A stretch of 64,000 nucleotides of DNA from an uncultured Clostridia bacterium (GCA_904502225.1 CAJGDO010000002.1:1425-65424), one strand, 5' to 3'. Counted from the first letter of the stretch, positions 26,940 to 36,225 are shown. Made by a program: numbers and translations. Notes: generated by a model from the letters alone, not told the origin.

Positions 26940-28040
26940 ATGAAACTTATATGTGACGGTCTTGATTTATCAGATGCAGTGTTAAAGGTTAGCAAAGCGT
27001 TAAGCGTAAAAGCATCTAACCCTATATTAGAAGGAATTAAAATTACTGCAAAGGGCGATACTTTAACTTTGCTTGCAACCGATATGGAACTTACCATTGA
27101 AAAGAAGATTAAAGCAGACGTTTTGATGGAAGGCGAAACAGTTGTTGTTGGTAAATATTTTGTTGAGTTTGTTAAAAAACTTGAAAAAGAACAAATTGAA
27201 CTTTCACGCCTTTATGACGGTCAGTTAAAAATTAAATATTCTGATTCTGAAAGCGAACTTCAAATCTTCCCTGCTGAAAACTTCCCAAAGATTGAAAAAG
27301 ATGAAGATGGCAATTTTATAGAATTGACCCAAAAAGATTTTAAGGAAATTGTTGAAAAAACGGCTTTTGCTTGTTCAGCAGACGATTCAAGGCCAATCTT
27401 AAAAGGTTGTTTATTTGAAATAAACGATAGTTTATTGACAGCAGTTGCTCTTGACGGGTTTAGAATGGCTGTTGTTAAAAAACAAGTTTTATCTGACCAA
27501 AACATTAAGGCTGTTATACCTGCAAGAGCACTTAACGAAATTATCAGACTTTTAGATAAAGATGAAAACACGATTAAAATTTATATTCAAAAGAATTCAC
27601 TTTTCGTTCAAGTGGAAAACACTGTTTTAATGAGCAGACTAATTGAGGGCGAATTTGTTAAGTATAACCACATTTTGCCAGCAAATTTTGAAAATAAATT
27701 AACTGTTAATAGGCAAGCACTTTTAACAAGTATTGAAAGAGCATCAATCGTTGCAAGAAACGATAGATATAACGTTGTTAAGTTTGATATTAAAGAAGAT
27801 ATGATGTCAATAAGTGCAAAATCTGAAATTGGTGTGGTAAACGAAAACGTTTCAGTTATGCTAACAGGTAAAGATTTAACAATCGCATTTAACGGCAAAT
27901 TTATTATAGAATATCTAAAAATAATTGATGACGAATTTATAACGATAAATCTTAACACGCCAATCGACCCTTGCACAATCACTGCAGTGGGTAAAGAAAG
28001 TTCGTTATATTTAGTTCTTCCTGTAAGAATTAGTGCATAA
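26940..28040 (+). CDS. dnaN: DNA polymerase III beta sliding clamp
   Basis: The product starts MKLICDGLDLSDAVLKVSKAL...ILEGIKITA and has a typical DnaN length of 366 aa. The ATG at 26940 follows a GGAGGGG RBS. The ORF-track start at 26850 adds an implausible 30-aa extension. Confidence 0.95.
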   Translation: MKLICDGLDLSDAVLKVSKALSVKASNPILEGIKITAKGDTLTLLATDMELTIEKKIKADVLMEGETVVVGKYFVEFVKKLEKEQIELSRLYDGQLKIKYSDSESELQIFPAENFPKIEKDEDGNFIELTQKDFKEIVEKTAFACSADDSRPILKGCLFEINDSLLTAVALDGFRMAVVKKQVLSDQNIKAVIPARALNEIIRLLDKDENTIKIYIQKNSLFVQVENTVLMSRLIEGEFVKYNHILPANFENKLTVNRQALLTSIERASIVARNDRYNVVKFDIKEDMMSISAKSEIGVVNENVSVMLTGKDLTIAFNGKFIIEYLKIIDDEFITINLNTPIDPCTITAVGKESSLYLVLPVRISA

Positions 28041-28044
28041 ATCA

Positions 28045-28073
28045 TTGACAAAATAAAAAATTATATATACAAT
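28045..28073 (+). promoter_or_regulatory. SigA-type promoter of the rpmH-rnpA-yidD-yidC-jag operon
   Basis: TTGACA, a 17-nt spacer, then TACAAT. The rpmH start is 48 nt downstream. Confidence 0.6.
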
Positions 28074-28120
28074 ATATAAGCAAAAAAATATTAAAAACAA
28101 AAGGTTTAAGGAGATAGATT

Positions 28121-28255
28121 ATGAAACAAACGTATCAACCTAAAAAAAGACAAAGAAGTAAAGTTCACGGATTTAGAGCAAGAATGAAAACACGCAACGG
28201 TAAAAACGTGTTAAAGAGACGTCGTAATAAAGGTCGTCATAAACTCTCTGCATAA
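28121..28255 (+). CDS. rpmH: 50S ribosomal protein L34
   Basis: Manual translation gives [44 protein letters not shown] with an AAGGAG RBS. It is below the ORF-track length cutoff. Confidence 0.95.
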   Translation: MKQTYQPKKRQRSKVHGFRARMKTRNGKNVLKRRRNKGRHKLSA

Positions 28256-28258
28256 TAA

Positions 28259-28591
28259 ATGAAAAAAGAGTTTAGGTTAAAAAAAGAAAAAGATTTCAAT
28301 TTAGTATTTAATAAAGGGAAAAGACTGTTTAGTTCTGACCTAACACTAATTTATTTTGAACAAAAAGAATTGAAAGTTGGCTTCGCCGTGGGTAAGAAAC
28401 ACGGCGGAAGCGTAAAAAGGAATAGAATTAAACGTCTTTTACGGGAATCTTTTAGAAGTTTTAGTTTGGATTTAAGACAAAACTTCTTTTTTGTTTTTAT
28501 ACCGAAAGTAAAAGAAGAATATACGCTTGAAAGTTTTAAAAAGAATATGGAGTATCTTTTTATTAAGGGTGGATTTATAGAAAAATGTTAA
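28259..28591 (+). CDS. rnpA: Ribonuclease P protein component
   Basis: A basic 110-aa product immediately follows rpmH and carries the RNR-type motif (KKHGGSVKRNRIKRLLRE). Confidence 0.9.
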   Translation: MKKEFRLKKEKDFNLVFNKGKRLFSSDLTLIYFEQKELKVGFAVGKKHGGSVKRNRIKRLLRESFRSFSLDLRQNFFFVFIPKVKEEYTLESFKKNMEYLFIKGGFIEKC

Positions 28592-28818
28592 AATTTATAA
28601 GCGTTAAATTGATAAGGTTTTATCAGAAATATTTATCAAAAGGGACATGTATGTATATCCCCTCTTGCTCTCAATATACTTTGGAAGCAATTTTAAAACA
28701 CGGCTTTTTTGTGGGCTGGTTTTTAGGGATAAAAAGGATTTTAAGATGCACGCCTTGGTGTAAGGGCGGTTTTGATAAGGTCCCTGATAAAAAAAGCGTA
28801 ATTAAGTGGGTATATTAA
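28585..28818 (+). CDS. yidD: Membrane protein insertion efficiency factor YidD
   Basis: It has the YidD motif (IRFYQKYLS...C.Y.PSCSQYTLEAI..HG...G...RILRC.PW..GG.D.V). Confidence 0.9.
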   Translation: MLKFISVKLIRFYQKYLSKGTCMYIPSCSQYTLEAILKHGFFVGWFLGIKRILRCTPWCKGGFDKVPDKKSVIKWVY

Positions 28819-28819
28819 A

Positions 28820-30376
28820 ATGGAAATTTTAAATTTTTCCAAGCCAAGTACAGGCAGTTGGATTGTTGATATAATATTTTGGATAGTATCTATTTGCGGA
28901 AACGTTGCAGTGGGCGTAATTGTGTTTACAATTGTTCTTAAATTGCTAACCTTCCCATTTGACTATTTTTCAAGAGCGTCTATGAGGAAGAACTCTGTTA
29001 AAATGGAAGAGATGCGGCCAGAATTAGAAAAATTGCAAAGACAATATGCAGACAATAAAGAAATGTATAACAGAAAAATGATGGCGTTATACAAGAGAAA
29101 CGGCTATTCTATGTGGGGGGCTTGCTTACCAACCATTTTAACGCTTGTTATCTTTATCGTTGCAATTAATGCATTTACCGATTACTCAAAATTCCAAAAC
29201 AAGACCTATTTTTATAATATGAGCAACTCTTACAACAACGTTGTTTATGCAGGTTTTGACGTTGATGACCAAGAAAGGTATATTTATAGAGATAAAAACG
29301 GTAAACTTATAGTAGATTGTGCAAGCATTTTAAGTGATGATACTAATTCAGATAATAAAATTGATGAAGTTGACGGTTTTAATAATACTGAATTTGATAT
29401 TAATTATGAAATTGTTTTTGATGAAATTAAAGATGGAAAAACATATTCTAAATTTGTTTTAACAACCACAAACAGTTATATCACTTACGAACACACTTTC
29501 TATGAAGAAAACGGCCAAAAAACTTGGATTAAAGAAAGTTTTAAGCCAAGAGCAGATATTTTAGAAACTGTTGCAAGTCAGGACGGATATAAGTTAGCGA
29601 CTGAAGAAAACAATTTCTTAAAGGTAAACGGTAAAACTTTTAACGAGTTAAAAGACCTTGTTAACGAAAATCAAGAAAACGTTTGGACGGCGGAAAAGTT
29701 TATTTTAGATATTAGACAAAGTAAGTCTGCCCAAACTTATAAAAACGAACAACAATCATTCCTTTGGGTTAAAAATATTTGGGCAACCGATAGTTTAACT
29801 TCTCACCCAATCGAAAGCAGTTGGTCAACCTTTAAGCAAACACACGGCTATAACGGTGCAAATATTGGTAAGGATGGATATAATAACCTTATCGCAAAAC
29901 TCGGTTATGAAAAAACCGCACCAAACGGCTATTACATTTTAGTTGCTTTAACCGCATTATCTTCGTTGTTTATGCAACTTGTTATGGGTAATTCACAAAA
30001 AGCACAAATGGAATTGCAAACTGTTGACGGGCAAGGTGCACAAACACAAAAGGTTATGAAATGGGTTATGCCTATTATGATGGCAGTGTTTGCGTTTATG
30101 TACACGGCAGCGTTCTCGCTTTACATTGTCGTAAGTTCGATTATAAGTATTGCAACAACCTATTTGATTAACGTTATCGTTGATATTCAACTTAAAAAAG
30201 AAAATGCTAACAAAAAGACTGACACGAAAGTTCGTGGAAGAATTTACGTTAAGCAACCTGAACCTAAAAAGGAAGAGCCTAAAAAGGAAAAGAAAAATAA
30301 GGACGACAAGTTTGCTCACGAACAAGGCGGAGACTTTTTGACAGGTAAAATTAAGGTTAAGAAAAAGAATAAATAA
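28820..30376 (+). CDS. yidC: YidC/Oxa1-family membrane insertase, unusually long at 518 aa
   Basis: It has a YidC core (KMEEMRPELEKLQRQYADNKEMYNRKMMALYKRNGYSMWGACLPTILTLVIF) and C-terminal TM segments. A hydrophilic insertion of about 230 aa splits the core. Confidence 0.85.
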   Translation: MEILNFSKPSTGSWIVDIIFWIVSICGNVAVGVIVFTIVLKLLTFPFDYFSRASMRKNSVKMEEMRPELEKLQRQYADNKEMYNRKMMALYKRNGYSMWGACLPTILTLVIFIVAINAFTDYSKFQNKTYFYNMSNSYNNVVYAGFDVDDQERYIYRDKNGKLIVDCASILSDDTNSDNKIDEVDGFNNTEFDINYEIVFDEIKDGKTYSKFVLTTTNSYITYEHTFYEENGQKTWIKESFKPRADILETVASQDGYKLATEENNFLKVNGKTFNELKDLVNENQENVWTAEKFILDIRQSKSAQTYKNEQQSFLWVKNIWATDSLTSHPIESSWSTFKQTHGYNGANIGKDGYNNLIAKLGYEKTAPNGYYILVALTALSSLFMQLVMGNSQKAQMELQTVDGQGAQTQKVMKWVMPIMMAVFAFMYTAAFSLYIVVSSIISIATTYLINVIVDIQLKKENANKKTDTKVRGRIYVKQPEPKKEEPKKEKKNKDDKFAHEQGGDFLTGKIKVKKKNK

Positions 30377-30401
30377 AAAAAATATAAAAAAGGAGAGCAA
30401 A

Positions 30402-31202
30402 ATGCAGTTTGTTGGCAAAACTATTGATGAAGCAATAGAATTAGGCTTAAAAGAAATGAATTTAGAAAAAAGCCAAGCAAACATAACCGTTTTAGCAGAG
30501 CCTGTTAAAGGTTTATTCGGCAAAATTAAGGTTATGGCAAAAGTAGAAATAGAAAAAATTGTTGATGAAAAAGAAAAAACTGCTGAATTTGTTAAAGAGA
30601 TTGCAAAGTTTTTGGACCTTGACGTAAACACCGAAGTTTACGAAAAGGGCGATAAAACGGTTATTAAACTTGTTTCAAATGATTCAGCAAACGTTATCGG
30701 ATACCGTGGTGAAGTTTTGGATGCAATCCAAACTTTAGCCGGTGCAAGCATGAACATTGGCAAAAAAGACTATAAAAAAGTGGTTGTTGACTGTGAAAAC
30801 TATAGAGAAAAAAGAGAAGACACTTTAATTTCTCTTGCTAAAAAGTTGGAAGAAAAGGCAACCGAAATGAGAAGGGAAGTTATTTTAGAGCCTATGAGCC
30901 CTTATGAAAGAAGAATTATCCACACTACCCTATCCGATAGTCAAACTTGCACCACAAAGAGCGAAGGAAAAGAACCAAATAGATACGTTGTTATCGTTCC
31001 TTTTGATAAAGATGAATTTGCAAAGCCTTATAACGCAGGCAGAAACAAGCAAGACGGCAAAGGAAAAAGAGACTTTAATAAAAAAGGCAAAGGCTTTAAC
31101 AACAAAAGAAGAGATAGAAAACCAAGCGGATTTTCTGAACAAAAGAAAAAAAGTCCTTTGAGTTTTGGCACTTACCTTGGAAACAGTTTAAAAGATAAAT
31201 AA
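30402..31202 (+). CDS. jag: Jag/KhpB RNA-binding protein (Jag_N, KH, R3H)
   Basis: The N-terminus (GKTIDEAIELGLKEMNL) and the R3H motif (LEPMSPYERRIIHTTL) are present. It follows yidC, as is conserved. Confidence 0.9.
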   Translation: MQFVGKTIDEAIELGLKEMNLEKSQANITVLAEPVKGLFGKIKVMAKVEIEKIVDEKEKTAEFVKEIAKFLDLDVNTEVYEKGDKTVIKLVSNDSANVIGYRGEVLDAIQTLAGASMNIGKKDYKKVVVDCENYREKREDTLISLAKKLEEKATEMRREVILEPMSPYERRIIHTTLSDSQTCTTKSEGKEPNRYVVIVPFDKDEFAKPYNAGRNKQDGKGKRDFNKKGKGFNNKRRDRKPSGFSEQKKKSPLSFGTYLGNSLKDK

Positions 31203-31266
31203 TAAGAAAAAACATATTGTTAATAAAAAAACAATATAATAAAAATACAAAAAGAAGGAAAGGAAA

Positions 31267-31890
31267 ATGGATATTTCAATAATTGTTATCATTTTATTGG
31301 CAGTTGCTCTATTATTTGGAACTCTTTTCGGTATGATGAGAGGCAGGAACCGTTCAATTCTTCGTTTGATTTTAATTATCGGTTGTATCGCTGGTGCGGT
31401 TTGTTTGGTGCCAATGATAAAAGAAATCGTTATGGAAATCGACACGGGTAAAGGAACGCTTGGCGAAATGCTTACCGCAATGGAAGGCGAAGGCGGTGGA
31501 AACGTTCCACAAGAAATGCTAGATATTAGTTCGGCTCTTATGACAGCAATAAGCCTATTGATTTTCATATTAGTGTTCAACGTTTTGCGTTTTGTTTCTT
31601 GGCTTATCATCTTCCCTATCTGCAAAATCTTTGTTAAGAAAGATTTGATAAAGAAAAAGGGTTTTGGTGCAATCATCGGTTTGGTTCAAGGATTGGTTAT
31701 TGCGTTTGCAGTGCTTGTTCCACTAAACGGTTTAATTGGTGAATTACACACGATTTCAAGCACTGAAATAGAAGGTAAAACAATGATAGAAATACCTGCT
31801 GAATTGGGGCTTGATAAATATGAAGATTCTGCTATAAGCGGAGTTTTAACCTCAATCGGCGATTGGTATTATGAATTAATAACAAAATAA
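31267..31890 (+). CDS. CvpA-like integral membrane protein
   Basis: The N-terminus (MDISIIVIILLAVALLFGTLFGMMRG) and 4-TM layout resemble the CvpA family. The overlapping minus-strand ORF 31188..31676 is rejected. Confidence 0.5.
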   Translation: MDISIIVIILLAVALLFGTLFGMMRGRNRSILRLILIIGCIAGAVCLVPMIKEIVMEIDTGKGTLGEMLTAMEGEGGGNVPQEMLDISSALMTAISLLIFILVFNVLRFVSWLIIFPICKIFVKKDLIKKKGFGAIIGLVQGLVIAFAVLVPLNGLIGELHTISSTEIEGKTMIEIPAELGLDKYEDSAISGVLTSIGDWYYELITK

Positions 31891-32006
31891 GAATTAAAAA
31901 CAACCAAAAATAAAAGAAGAGTTAAAAATAACTCTTCTTTTTTTGACTAAAATATTGATTTATTATATATAATTATGTTAGAATAATAAAAAAAGCGAGA
32001 AAGAAA

Positions 32007-32204
32007 ATGAGCGTTAAACTTAACCCAAATAAAGAAGTTGTTGAAACTATTAAAGAAGGCTTAAAAAGAACGGGTGGATATTGCCCTTGCAGGCTTAACC
32101 GCACCGAAGATTATAAGTGTATGTGCAAAGAGTTTAAAGAGCAAATCGCAGACCCACAGTTTGAAGGGTTTTGCCACTGTATGCTTTATTATAAAGAAAA
32201 ATAA
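32007..32204 (+). CDS. Ferredoxin-thioredoxin reductase catalytic-subunit-like small protein
   Basis: The cysteine pattern CPCR-x9-CMC-x15-CHCMLY resembles the FTR catalytic chain CPC...C.C...CHC motif. It lies directly upstream of trxA. Confidence 0.65.
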   Translation: MSVKLNPNKEVVETIKEGLKRTGGYCPCRLNRTEDYKCMCKEFKEQIADPQFEGFCHCMLYYKEK

Positions 32205-32216
32205 AGGAGAAAAATT

Positions 32217-32531
32217 ATGGAAGTTATATTAACAAAAGCAAATTTTGAACAAGAAGTATTAAAAAGCGAAATTCCTGTTGTTGTAGATTTTTGGGCAACT
32301 TGGTGTGGCCCTTGCAAAATGATTGCACCTATTTTAGAGCAAATTGCAACCGAATATGCAGGCAAAATCAAGGTTGCAAAAGCCAACGTTGATGAAGAAA
32401 TGCAACTTGCACTTGACCATAAGGTTGAAGTTATCCCTACCCTATTTTATTATAAGGACGGCAAAATTATCAACAAATCAGTTGGTGTTTTAGAAAAGAA
32501 CGATATAGTTAAAAAAGCACTTGGATTTTAA
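32217..32531 (+). CDS. trxA: Thioredoxin
   Basis: A 104-aa product with the WCGPC active site. Confidence 0.95.
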   Translation: MEVILTKANFEQEVLKSEIPVVVDFWATWCGPCKMIAPILEQIATEYAGKIKVAKANVDEEMQLALDHKVEVIPTLFYYKDGKIINKSVGVLEKNDIVKKALGF

Positions 32532-32556
32532 GAAAATATAAAAACACTCACGAAGT

Positions 32557-32767
32557 AGTGCGTCAGTAATAGGGATTATTACTGACGCACTAGTTATATT
32601 TGCCTATCGGCAAGTTATATTGCTATCGCAGTGTTATTTTGCTACGCAAAGTTTTATTTTCCCTTTCGGGAAAGTTGTGGCAAATATAATATAACTTTGA
32701 CTTAATGTCAAAATATAACTTTTAGATTTTCTAAAAATATAACTGTTTGCAACGCAAACAATATCAC
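32557..32767 (-). repeat. Hairpin-array element, copy B (inverted paralogue of copy A)
   Basis: The minus strand reads GTGATATT-gtttgcgttgcaaac-AGTTATAT-hp-AGTTATAT-hp-AGTTATATTATATT...hp-AAAATAAAA-hp-AAAATAACA-hp-AATATAACT-hp-AATATAA, followed by a 15-bp-stem hairpin (32557-32591). On the minus strand the loops read GATA, GATA and GAAA. Confidence 0.65.
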
Positions 32768-32881
32768 TTTACTTAAAAATAACTTTATGATATAATTAAC
32801 TTATGAGTGAAAACGCTTAAAGAGAAAAAATAATTTAAAAAACTCGACTATTATTAAAGCCGAGTTTTAATTTTTTTTATA

Positions 32882-33550
32882 CTATTTCAATTTTTCGAGA
32901 TAATCTGAAATGGCAAAGATTGCTTTTTTGCTTCCGCAAAGGTATAACACGTCGTTTTCCTTAAAAGCGTAAGTTGGGCGGATTGTGTCAACAACAGTGC
33001 CGTTGTTTTCAATGGCGATAATGTTTAAGCCAAAGTTTTCTCTTAAAGAAACGTCTAAAATAGTTTTGCCAACAAAATCGTTTGGCACGTTAAAGGTTGC
33101 AACCTTGATTGATTCGCTTAACTCAATAAAGTCTAAACCTTGCCCCATTTCAAGCCTGTGTGCTAAACGGAGTGCCATATCTTGTTCTGGATAAACAATT
33201 TCCGCACCGAGTTTAGATAAAATTTCGCCGTGTTCTGGGCTGGTTGCTTTGGCGATAATACGCTTAACGCCCAAGTTTTGCAACTTCATAACCGTTAAAA
33301 TTGAAACGTCAATCGCACCGATACAAACCACAACCACGTCACAATTAGAAAAGCCCATATCTGAAAGAGTTTTTCTTTCCAAATCGTTTGTAATAAAAGC
33401 GTTTTCAGTAAGTTCACGCATTAAACTAACTTTTCTTTCATCTTTATCGGCAACTAAAATTTCCGAACCCATGCCCGAAAGTTTTTGTGCAAGAGCCATA
33501 CCGAATCTGCCTAAACCGATAATTCCATAAGTCATTTTTTTGTTTTTCAT
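32882..33550 (-). CDS. trkA: Potassium uptake protein, NAD-binding peripheral subunit (TrkA/KtrA)
   Basis: It has a Rossmann motif (IIGLGRFGMALAQKL) and an RCK_C domain. I prefer the ATG at 33550 (MKNKKMTYGIIGLG), which avoids overlap with trkH. Confidence 0.9.
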   Translation of the reverse strand: MKNKKMTYGIIGLGRFGMALAQKLSGMGSEILVADKDERKVSLMRELTENAFITNDLERKTLSDMGFSNCDVVVVCIGAIDVSILTVMKLQNLGVKRIIAKATSPEHGEILSKLGAEIVYPEQDMALRLAHRLEMGQGLDFIELSESIKVATFNVPNDFVGKTILDVSLRENFGLNIIAIENNGTVVDTIRPTYAFKENDVLYLCGSKKAIFAISDYLEKLK

Positions 33551-33573
33551 AATCTTTTCCTTTTTAAGTCCTT

Positions 33574-34896
33574 TTAACCTATTGATATATTCCCCTCTGG
33601 ATAATAATAACCCTCGCCACGAGAGAACGACCAAAGCGATGCAATGGTAAGTGGCCCAAGCCTTCCTATAAACATTATAATAACGTTCACAACTTTACTG
33701 CCCACCGAAAGCGACGGGGTTATGCCGGTTGAAAGCCCAACCGTGCCGAAAGCACTTGTCATTTCAAATAAAATTTGCGTTAGTGTAAACTGTGGTTCAA
33801 AAATAGCAACGACAAACGTTCCCACAATAATTACAAAAAGCGATAATAGTGCGATTACCGACGCTTTTTTATAAGCATCTTTTGGCATTGAATATTTAAA
33901 CGCCTTTTCCGATTTGTTTGTTGCCGATGATTTTATGCCTTGAAAAAGAGCGAACACGGTTGTGGTTTTGATACCGCCACCCGTTGACCCAGGGGAAGCA
34001 CCAACAAACATTAAACATATAATTAAGAATAAGCCTGCAACAGTAAATTCGCTTAAATTAAAGGTTGAAAAGCCAGCCGTTCTTGCCGAAACCGAAGTGA
34101 AGAAAGCCCCAAGCCAAGATATATTGCCCTTTTCGGTAAGTTTTAATAAAAGCGTTCCGCCCGTTAGCAAAACCACCGTCATTGACAAAACGACTTTTGT
34201 GTGCATCGAAAAGTTTTTCCAACGGAATTTGCTGTTAAGCAAGTCCTTTATTACCAAAAACCCTATACCGCCCAAAATAATCAAAAGCGAAGTGGTTAAA
34301 TTTAGCACAACGTTATCTTTATAAGGTGCAAGGTTAAGGTAAGCAAACTCACTGCCCAAACAACCCATTATATCAAACCCAGCGTTGTTAAAGGACGCAA
34401 TGCTGTGAAACAAACTCATTCCAACCGCCGTTGAAAAATGCATATCTTGAATAAAGACGGAAAAACTGATAACTGCCCCTATAAATTCAATTATAACGGT
34501 TGTTATAAAAATTTCCTTAATAAATGCGATAAGCCCCTTTCTCGTGCTTAAATTTGAGCCTTCTTTAATAATGTTCACGCCCTTAAGGCTAACTTTTTTT
34601 CCAACGGCAAGAATTATTCCCGCACCGATTGTGGAAATGCCCAAGCCACCAATTTGAATTAAAATGGCGATAATCGTTTGACCGAAAGGCGTGAAAGTAC
34701 TGCCCACGTCCTTAACGATAAGCCCTGTCACACAAACGGCACTTGTCGAGGTGTGCAGTGCATCAATATACGATAAAGTCTGCCCGTCTTTTATGCAAAA
34801 TGGAAGCATAAGAAGTGCCGAGCCAAGCAAAATCGTGAACATAAAGCCCATTGCAATTATTCTTGCAGGCGATTGTTTTTTAAGTAAATTAAGCAT
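33574..34896 (-). CDS. trkH: TrkH/KtrB-family potassium transporter membrane subunit
   Basis: It has a polytopic topology with repeated selectivity-filter-like motifs (TGL, GGLG, NAGF, TGGG). I prefer the start MLNLLKKQSPARIIAMGF at 34896. The ORF track uses a TTG at 34959. Confidence 0.9.
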   Translation of the reverse strand: MLNLLKKQSPARIIAMGFMFTILLGSALLMLPFCIKDGQTLSYIDALHTSTSAVCVTGLIVKDVGSTFTPFGQTIIAILIQIGGLGISTIGAGIILAVGKKVSLKGVNIIKEGSNLSTRKGLIAFIKEIFITTVIIEFIGAVISFSVFIQDMHFSTAVGMSLFHSIASFNNAGFDIMGCLGSEFAYLNLAPYKDNVVLNLTTSLLIILGGIGFLVIKDLLNSKFRWKNFSMHTKVVLSMTVVLLTGGTLLLKLTEKGNISWLGAFFTSVSARTAGFSTFNLSEFTVAGLFLIICLMFVGASPGSTGGGIKTTTVFALFQGIKSSATNKSEKAFKYSMPKDAYKKASVIALLSLFVIIVGTFVVAIFEPQFTLTQILFEMTSAFGTVGLSTGITPSLSVGSKVVNVIIMFIGRLGPLTIASLWSFSRGEGYYYPEGNISIG

Positions 34897-35002
34897 AAAA
34901 ATTTTATTTATCCTTTTTTTGACAACACCTATTATACCACAAAAAAACAAAAAATTCAAACAATTTAAAAAAAACGATATTTCTACCGTTTTTTTATAAA
35001 AA

Positions 35003-36097
35003 TTATCTTTTCTTAATTTTCCCGTTTTCTATGGTTAATTTATTAATTTCCGCACCCTTAAAAACCGTTCTATCTATATGTGTTGCGGTGAAAATGGTTT
35101 GCATATGCGAAACGGCAGAGATTAACTTTTTTTGGCGTTTTTTGTCTAATTCACTTAACACGTCGTCCAAAATCAAAATAGGATATTCGTTAAAACGCTT
35201 ATAAAAAATCTCGGTTTCAGCAAGTTTAAGTGCAAGGGCGACTGTTCGCTGTTGACCTTGTGAGCCAAACACCCTAACGTCATCGCCGTTAAGCGTAAAC
35301 TTAATATCGTCCCTATGTGGCCCGATATTGGTAAAGCCCAAACGCATATCCTTTTCAATAGATAGTTTTAAGTCCTCTTTCATAGCAAAAGCAATATCTT
35401 GTTCACTGCCGTAATAACCGCTTTCGGTCTTCATTTCAAGCACTTCCTTATTATCTGACAAAAGCGAGTGCTTTTGGCTAGCAATAGGCGAAATTTGGCT
35501 TAAAAAGTCGTTTCTTGCCTTAATAATTTTGCCCGCTTCCTTGGTGAACTGCTCGTCCCAAATAGGCAAGGTTTCTCTAATAAGGTATTTATCTGGGTCT
35601 TTTAAAAGGTTGTTCCTTTGTGCTAAAATTTTGTTATAGCGAGATAGGGCGTAAAAATAGTTTTTGCTCATTTGCGAAAGTGAAATGTTCATAAACCTTC
35701 GCCTATCTTCTGGGCTTTCTTGAACGAGTTTTAGTTCGGCTGGGTTAAAGAACACGCTGTTAATGTTGCCCAAAAGTTCGCCAATCCTTAAAACTTGAAG
35801 TTCGTTTATATAGATTGATTTTTTGTCTTGCTTGTTAAAGTTTATTCTAACCGACACGTCGCCATAAGTCGAACTTGCAACGCCCTTTATCTCGGCACTT
35901 TCTTGACCGTGGCGGACAAGCAGTTTATCTTTATTAGCACGTGGCGAATAACCTGTGCATAAGAAGAAAATTGCTTCGGCACAGTTGGTTTTGCCTTGGG
36001 CGTTTGCACCCGTTAAGATATTAATTCCGTCAGTAAATTCGAACTCCTGATATTCGTAATTTCGGAAGTTTTTTAAGGTCAATGTTTTAATATTCAT
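35003..36097 (-). CDS. recF: DNA replication and repair protein RecF
   Basis: The product starts MNIKTLTLKNFRNYE, has Walker A GANAQGKTN and the signature GSQGQQRT. I prefer the ATG at 36097; the ORF-track start at 36187 adds 30 aa. Confidence 0.95.
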   Translation of the reverse strand: MNIKTLTLKNFRNYEYQEFEFTDGINILTGANAQGKTNCAEAIFFLCTGYSPRANKDKLLVRHGQESAEIKGVASSTYGDVSVRINFNKQDKKSIYINELQVLRIGELLGNINSVFFNPAELKLVQESPEDRRRFMNISLSQMSKNYFYALSRYNKILAQRNNLLKDPDKYLIRETLPIWDEQFTKEAGKIIKARNDFLSQISPIASQKHSLLSDNKEVLEMKTESGYYGSEQDIAFAMKEDLKLSIEKDMRLGFTNIGPHRDDIKFTLNGDDVRVFGSQGQQRTVALALKLAETEIFYKRFNEYPILILDDVLSELDKKRQKKLISAVSHMQTIFTATHIDRTVFKGAEINKLTIENGKIKKR

Positions 36098-36225
36098 AAT
36101 TTTTAAAATAATTTTGAAAAAAACTGTCAGTAATACTTTATTTTCTTTTAAAAATATTATATAATGTTTTTTACTTAAATGCAACAAAAACGAAAGATTT
36201 TAAAGAATATATAAAAGGAAGAAAT

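Noticed and set aside
29993-31676. Minus-strand ORFs 29993..30631, 30930..31142 and 31188..31676
   Set aside because: They overlap the well-supported + strand genes yidC, jag and the CvpA-like gene. They are hydrophobic or low-complexity translations typical of antisense frames in AT-rich DNA.
36098-36225. Expected oriC/DnaA-box cluster immediately upstream of dnaA
   Set aside because: Only 128 bp is available, and I saw no TTATCCACA-like words apart from an 8/9 match overlapping the dnaA start codon. I cannot support an origin call here.
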